NCBI GenBank assembly: GCA_951406725.2
Contig: OX597826.1
Span: 14,260,001-14,324,000 of the forward strand
Reading direction: 5' to 3'
Length of the DNA: 64,000 bases
From: Octopus vulgaris
Taxonomy: Eukaryota
Below the pieces are notes generated by a model, which was not told the origin of the DNA, ran no database searches, and saw nothing but the letters and a program-made list of their open reading frames with translations. A program made the position numbers and the translations under genes. Shown in pieces: positions 11,893-23,223 of the stretch; the first letter of the stretch is position 1, and each line of letters starts with the position of its first letter.

Positions 11893-12210
11893 AATGTGAC
11901 TTCATTGACCGAGGTTACCGTGGTCTTTTCCGTAGGCTTTTCTTTCCACGGGTAAACCTCACCTGTCCTCCCCTTTACACTTCATATTGACATTTCTGTG
12001 ATAACGATCCCTATTGATCAATTTTTTTTATCCCCCCTTTTTTTTTAACGCCCCCTTTTTTTGTCCTCTTTCTCTCCTTTTACGATCCCTTTTGATCGAA
12101 ACTCCCCCCTTCCTTTTTTTTTTTTTTTTGTCTAACCCTTCAAAAGAAAAGCTCTACCTTGTAATTTGTTCTATCTGTGTGCAGCCCGGTGTGGCTAATA
12201 AAGAAACATA
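11424..12210 (+). mobile_element. 5'-truncated Tx1/L1-clade LINE 3' end inserted in (TATC)n
   Basis: ORF ending at 11824 (...IILVAMAKECIWWTRLKG...LINFFKYHLKRKVRVERQVLSSECFKKRW...) resembles Tx1/L1 ORF2 C-termini. T-rich 3' UTR ends AATAAAGAAACATA and runs back into the TATC repeat. Confidence 0.75.
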
Positions 12211-12215
12211 TCTAC

Positions 12216-12255
<40 letters not shown>

Positions 12256-12270
12256 ATATCTATCTGTCTG

Positions 12271-12327
<57 letters not shown>

Positions 12328-12331
12328 ATAT

Positions 12332-12367
<36 letters not shown>

Positions 12368-12368
12368 T

Positions 12369-12416
<48 letters not shown>

Positions 12417-13115
12417 CAAGTGATGGAGATGCAAATAGCACAGAAGTAAATCTAAGCCATTACACTTTAAGAAGGTATTTAATAAAAATGATTTTAAAAA
12501 TTATATTAAGAAAATCTTACCGGTTTCGATGATGAGTCTCATCTTATCAAATATCACTAAAAAATCATAAAATTTTGAAATAAAAACAGTTTATCTTCTG
12601 TCTGGGGATCAAAAGCATGTCTGGAGATTTTTCGTTGAAGTCTTCTTTCAATATAGTTTCGTTCAGAGTTCAAAGTGTTAGAGAGTGAGAGATGGGGGTG
12701 CAGTTGTACATTGGCTTAAATGAAATATTTGTAGCTTCCTGCCATGAGAGTGGCTTAAAAGCATTTATTGAATGCGTTTTTTGTCTACCTGTCTGTGAGT
12801 GTGTATGTGTGTGTGTGTGTGTGTGTGTGAGTGTGTGTGTGTATTGTGTTGAATGTCCTTTCAATATATTTGGAATGTGACCAGCTGTCATCTGATGGGT
12901 GTGTATGTTGTGATGATTGTCTAGTTGAAGAAAGAATTAGGATTATCCTCTGGGTATGATGTATTCTTTTGAGTGTCCCCACCTGTGTGTATGTGTGTGA
13001 TCACTAGCTGTGTGCCTTTTTGTGTTTGTGTGTGTGTATGTACAGACTCGTGTGCGTTTTGTAATGTTTTCGTTTGTATGTATGTGTGTTTTTGCGATGT
13101 TTTCTTTTGTGTGCA
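12417..13115 (-). mobile_element. Inverted pseudo-LTR of a Penelope-like element
   Basis: Diverged reverse complement of 14930-15735 (e.g. CTTCCTGCCATGAGAGTGGCTTAAAAGCATTTATTGAAT). Contains a degenerate hammerhead-like motif near 12515-12557. Confidence 0.8.
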
Positions 13116-13119
13116 TGTG

Positions 13120-13560
13120 TATGTGTTCAAAGATAGTCAAACCTTTAGAGTTAAGTCCAATCTCACTTGCAACACGAAAAACCTGATCTACTTCATCACA
13201 TGTAATGGTTACCAACATAATTACATAGGCCAGATGGGTTGACCGTTACGGCGGTATCACGACCAATCGCCAACAGATTCGAGTCAAAAGCACAAGGAAA
13301 ATTCCTTTACGCACTCACACTGCAACTTGTGCAGGAATGGTTTTATCAAATTTCAAAACATTTCCCCTCTACAAGTCCTCAGATTCTTTCAACCAACAAC
13401 AAAACTAAATAAAGAAAGACAATTTATCAACAAGTATAAACCACAATTAGATATAGAACCAACCACTACCAACGAATAAATAAGAACAGACACATAAAAT
13501 AAATTTATACATATCCTCGTTTTGAAAAATATTTCCCATCATTTCTTGAATCTTTTTTCC
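13120..13560 (+). pseudogene. Penelope-like element GIY-YIG endonuclease remnant
   Basis: FRVKSNLTCNTKNLIYFITCNGYQHNYIGQMG* fits the TC..N.IY.I.C..C...YIG.T pattern of PLE endonucleases. Confidence 0.8.
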
Positions 13561-13561
13561 A

Positions 13562-13609
<48 letters not shown>

Positions 13610-13662
13610 GGTTAGACAAAATAATGCAAACACAAGTATATATATATATATACATATATGTA

Positions 13663-14873
13663 CAGGAGTTAGACAAAATAATGGAAACACAACATAATTT
13701 TGATATATCTATAAAACCGTCAAAATCTTGTTTATTTTATGTTTTTATTTTAATTTTATTATCAGTGTTACTTAATATATTTTGCTGAAATTGCTGTCTC
13801 GTTTCAGGTATCCTCATAAAACGGTAATTAAAATTCATTAATCAGATCTATCAGACTTTCAAAGAGACCAAGTTGTTGGTTCTCATATGGTAGGCGCTAA
13901 CGCAACGAAAACACCCTGAAGGTTTGTTCTATCGAGAAGTACTGACGCGAAAGACATGACAACCTTTGAGAAAGAGGGTAAAACCTCCTCATCGAAAAAA
14001 ATCACTGGCAGAAAACCAGAACTTTCAGATAGGGACCGTCGGACTCTTACGCGAATTGTTAGAAAGGATCACAAAAGTAGGCCTCTCAAAATTACAGCAG
14101 AACTTAGTGACCACCTAGGGAACCCAGTTTCCACAAAAACTGTTCGTCGGGAGCTGCACAGAACCTGATTTCACGGGAGGGCTGCAATCAGAAAACAACT
14201 ACTTTCAATAACAAACGCTGCAAAGCGTTTCAGAATTGGTCCTTAGAGCAGTGGAAGAATGTTATTTTCTCGGACGAGTCATCCTTTACCTTATTTCAGA
14301 CCATGGCCGTATATGTGTGGAGACAGCCAAAAGAAGCATTTGATCCAGACTGCCTTCATCCAATTGTTAAACCTAGAGGAGGATCTGTGATGATCTAGGG
14401 TGCTATATCTTGGAAATCCGCCGGCTCATTGCAGAATTAATAGTCACGACTTTTTCAGCATTTTATCTGATCAAATTCATCCTATGGTTGCGGAACTGTT
14501 TCCTGAAAAAAACGCAATCTTTTGGGAGGATAATGCGCCGATTCACACAGCTAAATTTGTTACTGAATTGCACGAGTGAAGTTGAACATCTTATCTGGTC
14601 ACCACAGTCCTCAGATTTCAATATTTTTGAACATTTATGGTGCATTTTAGAAACACGCGTAAGGAGTCGATATACTCCACCATTATCACTACAAGAACTG
14701 GAGATGGTTTTAGCTGAAGAATGGACAAAAATTCTTTGGAATCAATTCAAACTTTGTACGAGTCCATCCCTTGTAGAATTCAAGCTGTAATTACTACTTA
14801 AGGCGGCTCTACCTCATTTAAAAATAAATTTGTTTGAAATTTTAAAGAGTTCCATTACTTTATCCAACCTCTG
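13663..14873 (+). mobile_element. Tc1-family (DD34E) transposon, full length, decayed transposase
   Basis: TIRs CAGGAGTTAGACAAAATAATGGAAAC / GTTCCATTACTTTATCCAACCTCTG with TA flanks. Motifs DLSDFQR, GRKPELSDRDRRTL, WKNVIFSDES, GGSVMI*G, EDNAPIH, WSPQSSDFNIFEHLW. Confidence 0.92.
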
Positions 14874-14929
<56 letters not shown>

Positions 14930-15780
14930 AACATATACACTCACACACAAGCTTGTACACTCACGCGTGTAAAAGAAATCAGCACAAAAACGGACACAAA
15001 TAACTGTGTACATACACACAAACGTGCAAAGACAAAAATACACACACATAGACACAAAATGAAACATCGCAGAAGACACACTCGCACACAAGTTCAAACA
15101 CAAACACACATAAACTCACGTACACACACAAACACACACACATTCGAACAGCTGGTGACCACACACTCACACACACAGAGGTGACATTCCAAAGAATACA
15201 TGAAATTCAATGGACAATCCTAATTCTTTCTTCAACAAGATATTCATTACAACATACACACCCATCAGCACCCAGCTGGTCACATCCCAAACATATTGAA
15301 TGGATATTGAACACAATGCGCTCACAGCACAACACCAATAGAAACACAAACACACACATACACACACGTACACACAGAGGTGGGCATGAAACCCATTCAA
15401 TAAATGCTTTTAAGCCACTCTCATGGCAGGAAGCCACAAATATTTCATTTAAGCCAATACACAACTACAACCCATCTCTTACTCTCTAACATTTTGAACT
15501 CTATACGAAACTATATTTAAAGAATGAAAATTCTTCTGACATGCTTTTCACTCCCAGATAGAAGACAAACTGTTTCTCCTTCAAAATTTCATGCATTTTT
15601 AGTGATATTTGATAAGATGAGATTCATCATTGAAATTGGTGATATTTCCTAAATATAATTTTTAAAAGCATATTAAATGCTTTCTTAAATTGTAATGATT
15701 TAGACTTTCTTCTGTTCTGTTTCCACCTACATCTTTTATATTTAAAAATTTGATTCGTATAGGTCCCTAACCCTTATTCA
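14930..15780 (+). mobile_element. Direct pseudo-LTR/3' region of the same Penelope-like element
   Basis: Inverted copy of 12417-13115. Hammerhead-like GATAT-TTGATAA-GATGA..TCATT-GAAA at ~15604-15646. Confidence 0.8.
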
Positions 15781-15781
15781 G

Positions 15782-15841
<60 letters not shown>

Positions 15842-16206
15842 GTATGTATTAAAATAATATATCAATATATTATGATATATTAAATACGTTACAACGTAGG
15901 TGGCTATAGCAATTAAAAACCAAAAAGGCAAAATTTATAAACGAGGGTGCAAAATGGCAACTATAATTGCTAGAGATATGAGCCAAAATTCAACTTGAAC
16001 AGCCATACAAAAGCACTAACCTCATGAAATATTCGGGACTGCAACTAGCAACTAGCAACATCTATCTTGGTCGACATAAACTCGCAGAAGTTGTGGTATG
16101 CTTCTCGCAGTCTCGAATATTTCATGTGGTTAGTGCTTTTGTGTGGCTGTTCGAGTTAAATATTATCTCTTATTTCCAGCAATTTTGGATGATATGTTGC
16201 ATTCTC

Positions 16207-16240
<34 letters not shown>

Positions 16241-16245
<5 letters not shown>

Positions 16246-16480
16246 AAATTTAAAGGACTGACCACTAAAAGTGGACGGTCAACATGCTAGATATAGACGT
16301 CAGAATCACTATTTTCCACAAATAATGTGTTCTCAAGTAAAAGCTCGTCTATATTGACCGTCCACTTTTAGTGGTCAGTCCTTTAAATTTTGTATGTAAA
16401 AATATTTTAATCTTCGGATTTTTTTAATATGCTAGGCCACTGGTTTTAATTGATTATTATCAATTTCTACCCTTATTAAA
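16241..16480. repeat. Fold-back repeat (probable 5'-inverted PLE pLTR fragment) between TA tracts
   Basis: Arms 16241-16298 and 16347-16397 are reverse complements apart from an 8-nt indel and a terminal mismatch. Confidence 0.75.
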
Positions 16481-16489
16481 TGTTATATA

Positions 16490-16526
<37 letters not shown>

Positions 16527-16589
16527 GCTATGATAGATTCCCAGCCACTACACATTCCTTATTTTCTCCCCTCGTTTCTTACTGTGTTC

Positions 16590-16626
16590 CTTTCTGTGGA
16601 AGAGTGTAGGCTCGAAAGGTTAAATA
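16590..16626 (+). ncRNA. Degenerate minimal type I hammerhead-like motif in a probable PLE pLTR fragment
   Basis: TTT-CTGTGGA-A-GAGT-GTAG-GCTC-GAAA-GG-TT-AAA. Core substitutions suggest it is inactive. Confidence 0.45.
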
Positions 16627-16730
16627 GTTTTTCACTTCCCGAGCGCTAAAATAATACATCTGATTGTTGTCCACACCACCTGTATTCGTCTTTTGTTTCT
16701 TTTTGTGAGTTCTCCTCCTATATGTATATA

Positions 16731-18012
16731 TTTGGTTGTCCGGAAAGTTCGTGCCGATTTATACTAGCTTACCTTTCGACTTATTGTAGAACATGGTTGA
16801 GTCCATAAAATATGATTTGATTACACCTCCATTTAGAGCACAGTTTAAGCTATCTTTTCGTGGAAGAAGCTTTATGTTCCTATAACCCGTATTAATTCTG
16901 TAACCCTTTAAAATAGAAGATAAGAAAGTTCATTTTCGGCACTTGATGCTTTTCTTTTTCCGTAAAGGGAAAAATGCCTCACAAGCAACCAAAGAAATAT
17001 GCACAGCTTACGGTGCTGTTTCTTTATCCGAAAGAACTGTACGGAAGTGGTTCGTAATGTTCCGAGCTGAAGATTCTAGCCTTACTGATACAGAGCGATC
17101 AGACAGACCATCCACTACAGATGATCACCAAATCAAGTCATTAATTGAGAATAACCCACATTGCTCAACCCGAGAATTGCCAGAAACCCTCAACCTATCA
17201 AAATCCGTCGTTCATGAGCACCTGGTAAAGCTTGGGTACACAAATCGCTACGATGTTTGGGTACCATATTAGTTGAGTGAGAAGAACCTTTTGGATCGTA
17301 TTTCCATCTGTGATTCGCTTTATAAACGGAATGAAGACGCAACTTTTTTAAAGCAAATTGTGACGGGTGATGAGAAATGGATCATCTATCGAAATGTTCA
17401 GAAAATGCGATCCTAGAGTAAGCGACATGAGCCACTCTTAGCCAACCCAAAAGCGGGTTTTCACCTTAAAATGTCTTGCTTTGTGTCTGGTGGGATTGGA
17501 AAGGAATTCTGTACTATGAGCTTCTCCCAAGTGACTAGACAATTAATTCTGAGAAATACTGCACACAACTGGACGAGTTAAAAGCAGCAATTCAAGAGAA
17601 ACGTCCAAAATTGGCCAACAGGAATGGTGTTGTTTTCCAACATGATAATGCAAGACCGTACGTTTTTTGGGAACCAGACAAAAATTGGTGTAGTTCGGCT
17701 GCGATGTGTTACCCCACCTACCATATTCACCAGATATAGCTCCTTCGGATTTCTACTTATTCAGGTCTCTGCAGAATAGTCTGAATGGGAAAAATTTCAA
17801 TCCCTTGGATGACGTAAAAATATACGTTGATGAATTTTTTGCCATAAAACCACTTCAGTTCTGGGAAGAGGTTATTTTCAAGTTAAAGGAAAGATGGAGA
17901 CGCACTGCGCAACAAAATGATTCATATTTGCTTGATTAAAAATGTAATGGCAAGTATTTATTGACCTTTCTCTTTCCTTTAAGAATCGGCACAAACTTTC
18001 CGGACAACCTAA
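16731..18012 (+). mobile_element. Full-length mariner element (DD34D, mellifera-subfamily-like), 1282 bp
   Basis: TIRs TTTGGTTGTCCGGAAAGTTCGTGCCGATT / AATCGGCACAAACTTTCCGGACAACCTAA, with TA on both sides. Confidence 0.95.
16913..17939 (+). pseudogene. Mariner transposase pseudogene
   Basis: EDKKVHFRHLMLFFFRKGKNASQA, WVPY (WVPHEL), VTGDEKW, HDNARP, HLPYSPDIAPSDF. Start codon is ATA; there are stops and frameshifts. Confidence 0.93.
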
Positions 18013-18032
18013 TATATGTATATATATATATG

Positions 18033-18113
<81 letters not shown>

Positions 18114-18382
18114 AAGAAATGAGGTATCCATATATATTTACAGATATTTATTTGAATATTACATTTTCTATATATATCATATCACTTAGATCATTAGCGC
18201 TTTCTCCCATTCTAGTGGGGTTTTCAAATCAATATATATATATATAAATATATATATGTGTGTGTAGTTATCTCCACACACACACACATGCACATGATGC
18301 AGAACAAGCACGCAAAAAACAACACGAGGGCATGATACATGTAAATTATTAGCAGATGCTCAGGGAAGGAAAAAGAAAGGTG

Positions 18383-18417
18383 GTTTTACGTTTCGAGCAA
18401 AGCTTTTCTTCAGAAAC
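18383..18417 (-). ncRNA. Minimal type I hammerhead ribozyme motif (PLE-type)
   Basis: Minus strand GTTT-CTGAAGA-A-AAGC-TTT-GCTC-GAAA-CG-TA-AAAC: intact core, 4-bp stem I, one mismatch at the base of stem II. Confidence 0.65.
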
Positions 18418-18519
18418 AGAGGAAAGTTCAATAGAAAAGGAAGGCGGAGGAAAGAAAATCGCCACAAGAATTTTGTTATATTATTTTATTCACTTAGATT
18501 TGAATGTTTACACTTTAAC

Positions 18520-19140
18520 CGCCTTCAATGTATTCTCCATTTGACTAACGCATCGGCCCAGACGCGTTGCCACTGTTCGAAGCAGTTCTGCGACTCTAGT
18601 GAAGTGATGTCTTTTAACGTCTCGTTCACATCTGCAAAACGTGTTCTTTAAGGTCATTTTTCATACTGAGGAAAATATTTCTCATGGAGAAAGATTGGGT
18701 CAATAGGGATGTGTCAATGCGGTGTGCGCAGGCACATTGACGTGATATTACCACTCCCCACTCTGCCACAGGTCGAGGTGTTTCCGTCTATTTGCGTCTC
18801 GCAAATGCTTCAGAACTGCCAAGTAAAATGTCTGGTTAACAGATTCAGCAAGAGGAATGAATTCTATGTGGACAGTTCTTTTCACTCCGGTGAAACAAAT
18901 CAGCATCATCTAGACACTGGACTTCATTTAACGCGCTTATTTGGAGTGTGGTGACATCGAATGCTTCCATTGACTTGATTGTTGCTTCGTTTGTGGGTCG
19001 TAGCCGTAGCACCAGTGATGACCTTCGAAAAAAGATTTGGATCAACACCCAAACTGTTCTTCCAGTTCACGACACGCATTCCGTCGTGACTGCTTTTGAT
19101 CCTCCTTGAGCAAGCGCAGCACACATTTTACAGCAACTCT
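18520..19140 (-). mobile_element. Mariner transposase remnant (irritans-subfamily-like)
   Basis: Minus strand: LFSKVITG, YGYDPQTKQQSSQWK, MMLICF, EFIPLAESVNQTFYLAVLKHLR, CFEQWQR. Heavily frameshifted. Confidence 0.8.
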
Positions 19141-20900
19141 TTTCTCCTTGCTTCCCCGTTTGGAGACTTTAAAGTCCTAGAAATAAATTTTCTTGTATCT
19201 CCTTCCTTATTGGTCTCTTTTCTCCATCAGTCAACCTTTCCCACAAGATAACGCAGACAAATGGAACACCCTAATTTACATCGTATTTAACTTTTTTGCT
19301 TTACACCACTGTGTATATCCTGTTATCCCTTTATGCTTGTGTAGAAACGGCATCTTTGATACCATCGTCATTGACAAAGAAACTGATTTTGCTATTGTCA
19401 CCAATAATACCACTGACTTTTGCATTACCGCTGCTAAGTAATATACTGATTAATGAATTCTAAATATAATAATAATAATTATTACCTTTATCAATTGTTA
19501 TTCTTGAGTTTTTCTGTGTGTTTATTTTGTTTGGTTTCTTTTGCTGTTGCCAATATAACAACCAGTTTGTGTATGCAGTGCCATAGTCAGCTTCTTGCAA
19601 GTAGAAAGTTTTCTTAAAATCGTGACGATATTTTTACTTCAACATTGTAACGATTATTATGAATCTCTATGGATGATACATTAAGAGTATTTGTTTCCTC
19701 TTATTGTATTCTTGCCAGTGAACTGTTTTGCCTAAAATGTAGACCTTTTTCGTATATAGATAAAAGCTGTGTCCTCATATAACCATTCTGTGAATCTGAA
19801 ATGGTATACTAAATTTTGTGGTCTTCTGTGAGCTGATTTACAAATCTGCAGTTATCAATGCAAAGTACTTGTTTATAAAGGTATGATTTCCATAATAATG
19901 CCTGTCTTTTCTATGTTAAATTCAATTATTTTCATATTTTCTAAATTTGCTGGCTTGTCTACCTAGAGGCTTATTATTCATGAACATCATATATTTGAAT
20001 TTATTTTTGTACTAATAGATTTTTCTCTTAATCTGTACTTAACCTTTTCTTTCGTATGAGTTTCAGAATTTGCCAGGATTTTACGTGTTTGTTCCAATCC
20101 ATTTTAGACTTCACTGTATTTTGATTTTGATTTTCAGAATTTTTTATGAAATAAAATCGGAATATTCCTAATGCAGAGTCAAGCCGAGTTCAACCCTATT
20201 TACATTCTTGAAATGTATTTTCAAGGAGAATCGAAATTCTGCTGATGTAGAAAACCCAGGTGTCACAGCGGTACATTCAATGTAAGCTGTATAGCGAAGA
20301 GTCAAATGTATTCCATATATAAAGGCAGAGAATGTGTTTCCCCGATCAAGTAACGTAAATGTAGAAACACTTCAAATTAGTCGTCAGTGCCTTAATAAAT
20401 ATATAGTTTATAAGGGCACAATTTCTACTAACATGGAAACTTTCCATTTTTCAGGGGTAACAACATCACAGTTTAGACGGTGATATTATAACCACATCCA
20501 CTGTTCTAAGAGCTTAAATAAACGTAAATTTACATCCATGGCTCAGCTAGTGTGGGATTTGAAACGAGAAAAATACCATATGAATTATGAAATATTCTGG
20601 TCTGCATTGAGAACTTCTGTTTTTATGGCTTCTTATATTCAACTACATTTGCTAACATCTTTGCATTCTATATTTCGTATGATATTTTCTATATTCTGCG
20701 AAACAATTAATATTCTACAGAACTGTCAATAACTTCAGTTTAAGTTGAATATTTTGCATATTTCAAAATTGGTGATAGATCGCTCTGCGCCAAAATTGCT
20801 TTTTTCCCTGTCATTTTATCTTGTTCCGCTTCAAAATATATGAGAAAGTCTTAATATTTAAAGGTTCACATGTGTGTCGTGTCTATGTTGTATGTGTATC

Positions 20901-20982
<82 letters not shown>

Positions 20983-21539
20983 AGTGTGTATTTGAATATG
21001 TATGTGTTTATATATGTATGTATATGAATATATATACTTAAAAATATCTAGCTATGTGTGCTTATGCGTTTATGTCCATACACATGTATGTGTATGTATA
21101 TGTGTATGCATATATATATTTATACATTTATGGATATTATTTACATTTTTTATTTACACTTCATATTTTTAATTTTATATGTTATATTTATAGACTGTTG
21201 CATCACTAATATTTTAATTTTTAATTCTTAACTTCAATATTCGTGCATAATTCAACATGAGAGTCACAGATCCATGCCACACCAGTGATAGTTTATCTTC
21301 TTTTAGTTACGTTATTTTAATTTAATTTATTCTGATATATTGTTTTCGCTTTACCACATTTTGTAACATTTTAATATAATTTAACATTTCTATTTCATAC
21401 ATATTTTGAGACACTTGTATTTTCGTAAATTTACATTTTTTGCCCATTTCTGAAGTCTTTACACATCTACAATCCCAAGGTGTCATGTTTTATCGTAGAA
21501 GATACCAACTCTATTTTGAAGTTTCAATGGGATAGAGCG

Positions 21540-22080
21540 CAACGCTCAGATAACCACTGGTGTCTCTTTTACATTACCCTCTCGCATTCGATACAGTCTT
21601 GCCATTTCCACTTTCAATTCACAGTACTTAGTGATTTTTTCAGCCTCTTTACTCACAACATTCAGCTTATTTCGTATGGCTACATCTATCTGACAGTATT
21701 TGTCACTCATATTCAATATGACATCATCTGGCCGACGTTGATCGACTGCACAGCCCGTCCGAAAAATCATAATTACTTTTCCATCCGCCTGCATAACATT
21801 ACTTAGTACACTTTCATACCAGTTCTCTGTTACTTCATATTGATATTTATGGCAGAAGAGCCAATGGAGATACACACACTTTATCGTGGCAACGCTTGTA
21901 CTCTTTTGTTGCAAGGCTCTCACATCCACTTACCAGTGGGTCACATTTTCTACACTCTTTCCACAGAGTCTGCATGTCTGGGTGTCAGAAGTTTTATAGA
22001 TGTTATACCTCACTGAATTGGTAGCGAGAGCCTGGTCTTGTGCAGCAATGATCAGGCTTTCGATGGTACTCTGTAGTATC
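21540..22080 (-). mobile_element. R4/Dong-type (RLE) non-LTR retrotransposon fragment
   Basis: ESLIIAAQDQAL, CRLCGKSVENVTH zinc finger, and RRPDDVIL..CQIDVAI..KEAEKITKY PD-(D/E)xK endonuclease. Confidence 0.85.
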
Positions 22081-22957
22081 CTTAACGTTTTGTGTATTCC
22101 TCTCAAACTGTCAATGCATTCTCATTTCATATTAATACGTCCAGGAATACTAGCATTCCTTGATGTATTAATAACACGCACCAAGTATGGATTCAGGACA
22201 TCCGTATACCGCAAGCTGACCTTCACTGGACGATACCTTAACTTCAATTCCCACCATCCATACAGTGTCAAGAGAGGGATTGCTTAGTGCCTTAGACATC
22301 GAGCAAAGAATATAAGTAGCGATCGTGATACCCACCATGAAGAAATTATCAAGCTCAGTAACAATCTATTAAGCAACAACTGCCCCCAAAACATACTATC
22401 CACTCCAATTATAAAGAAAAGAGAGGATGAAACCAATAAAATGTTCACAGTCTGTCTACACTATGTGAATGGCCTTTCCGAATAGATGGAAAAGATATGA
22501 CATCAGGACAGTATTCAATAGTAATACAACACTTCGTAAATATCTCTTTCGGGTAAAACACCAATAGAAGAGAATATGACCAAAAACCGCGCGTACTCCA
22601 TCCCATATCCCATAAAGATGTAGTAGGTTATTCAAAGGCGAAACATGGCGCTACCTCAAAATAATGGTGGACGAACATCACAGAGCTGTGACACGAGGAG
22701 ATACTGATAAATTGGGTATAGCTGATCATGTATGGAAAAATGAACATCATCTCCCTTTGTGGGTTGAAGTTAAATTAATAGACAGAGAATACCACTGGAA
22801 AATACGAAAACTAAAAGAAGCAGTACATATGCTAAGACACAACAACCTCTTAAGCAGACCGAGTGCAGATATGAATAGCATATGGGAACCGGTATTAAGG
22901 AAGGATAGAAAAATATTAGATTTATAAGTCCTAAAAATTCACTCCATAATTGCCCAC

Positions 22958-23031
22958 GGGCATATGGCGTAGTGGTTAAGAGCGCGGGCTACTAACCCCA
23001 AGATTCCGAGTTTGATTCCAGGCAGTGGCCT
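22958..23031 (+). other. tRNA-like Pol III cassette inside the PLE 3' region
   Basis: A box TGGCGTAGTGG, anticodon-arm-like GGGCTACTAACCC, B box GAGTTTGATTCC. Acceptor and T stems are imperfect, so this is not a functional tRNA gene. Confidence 0.7.
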
Positions 23032-23090
23032 GAAGAGTAATAATATCATCGAAAAATGGGAATGAGAACCTAGGTTCGAAATTTCCCCAA

Positions 23091-23136
23091 GGCACCCGAT
23101 GAAAGCTGGAGGGTGTATCAGCCGAAACGTTGTGTT
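23091..23136 (+). ncRNA. Minimal type I hammerhead ribozyme motif (PLE-type), slightly decayed
   Basis: GGCAC-CCGATGA-A-AGCTG-gagggtgtat-CAGCC-GAAA-CG-TT-GTGTT. U4 to C change in the core; palindromic AACGTT stem III. Confidence 0.65.
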
Positions 23137-23181
23137 AACAACAAACAAGATGAGGACAAATATCCGTCAAATGTAAATAAT

Positions 23182-23223
<42 letters not shown>

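Larger units (their letters stand above)
22140..23185 (+). mobile_element. 5'-truncated Penelope-like element (RT C-terminus, GIY-YIG, pLTR)
   Basis: FLDVLITR...VYRKLTFTGRYLNFNSHHP..KRG (PLE RT thumb), then AYSIP..GET..EH..IADHVW..HLPLW..RKLKEA endonuclease ending at 22927. Confidence 0.9.

Noticed and set aside
22958-23031. Functional tRNA gene
   Set aside because: Acceptor and T stems pair poorly and there is no oligo-T terminator; treated as a tRNA-derived cassette.
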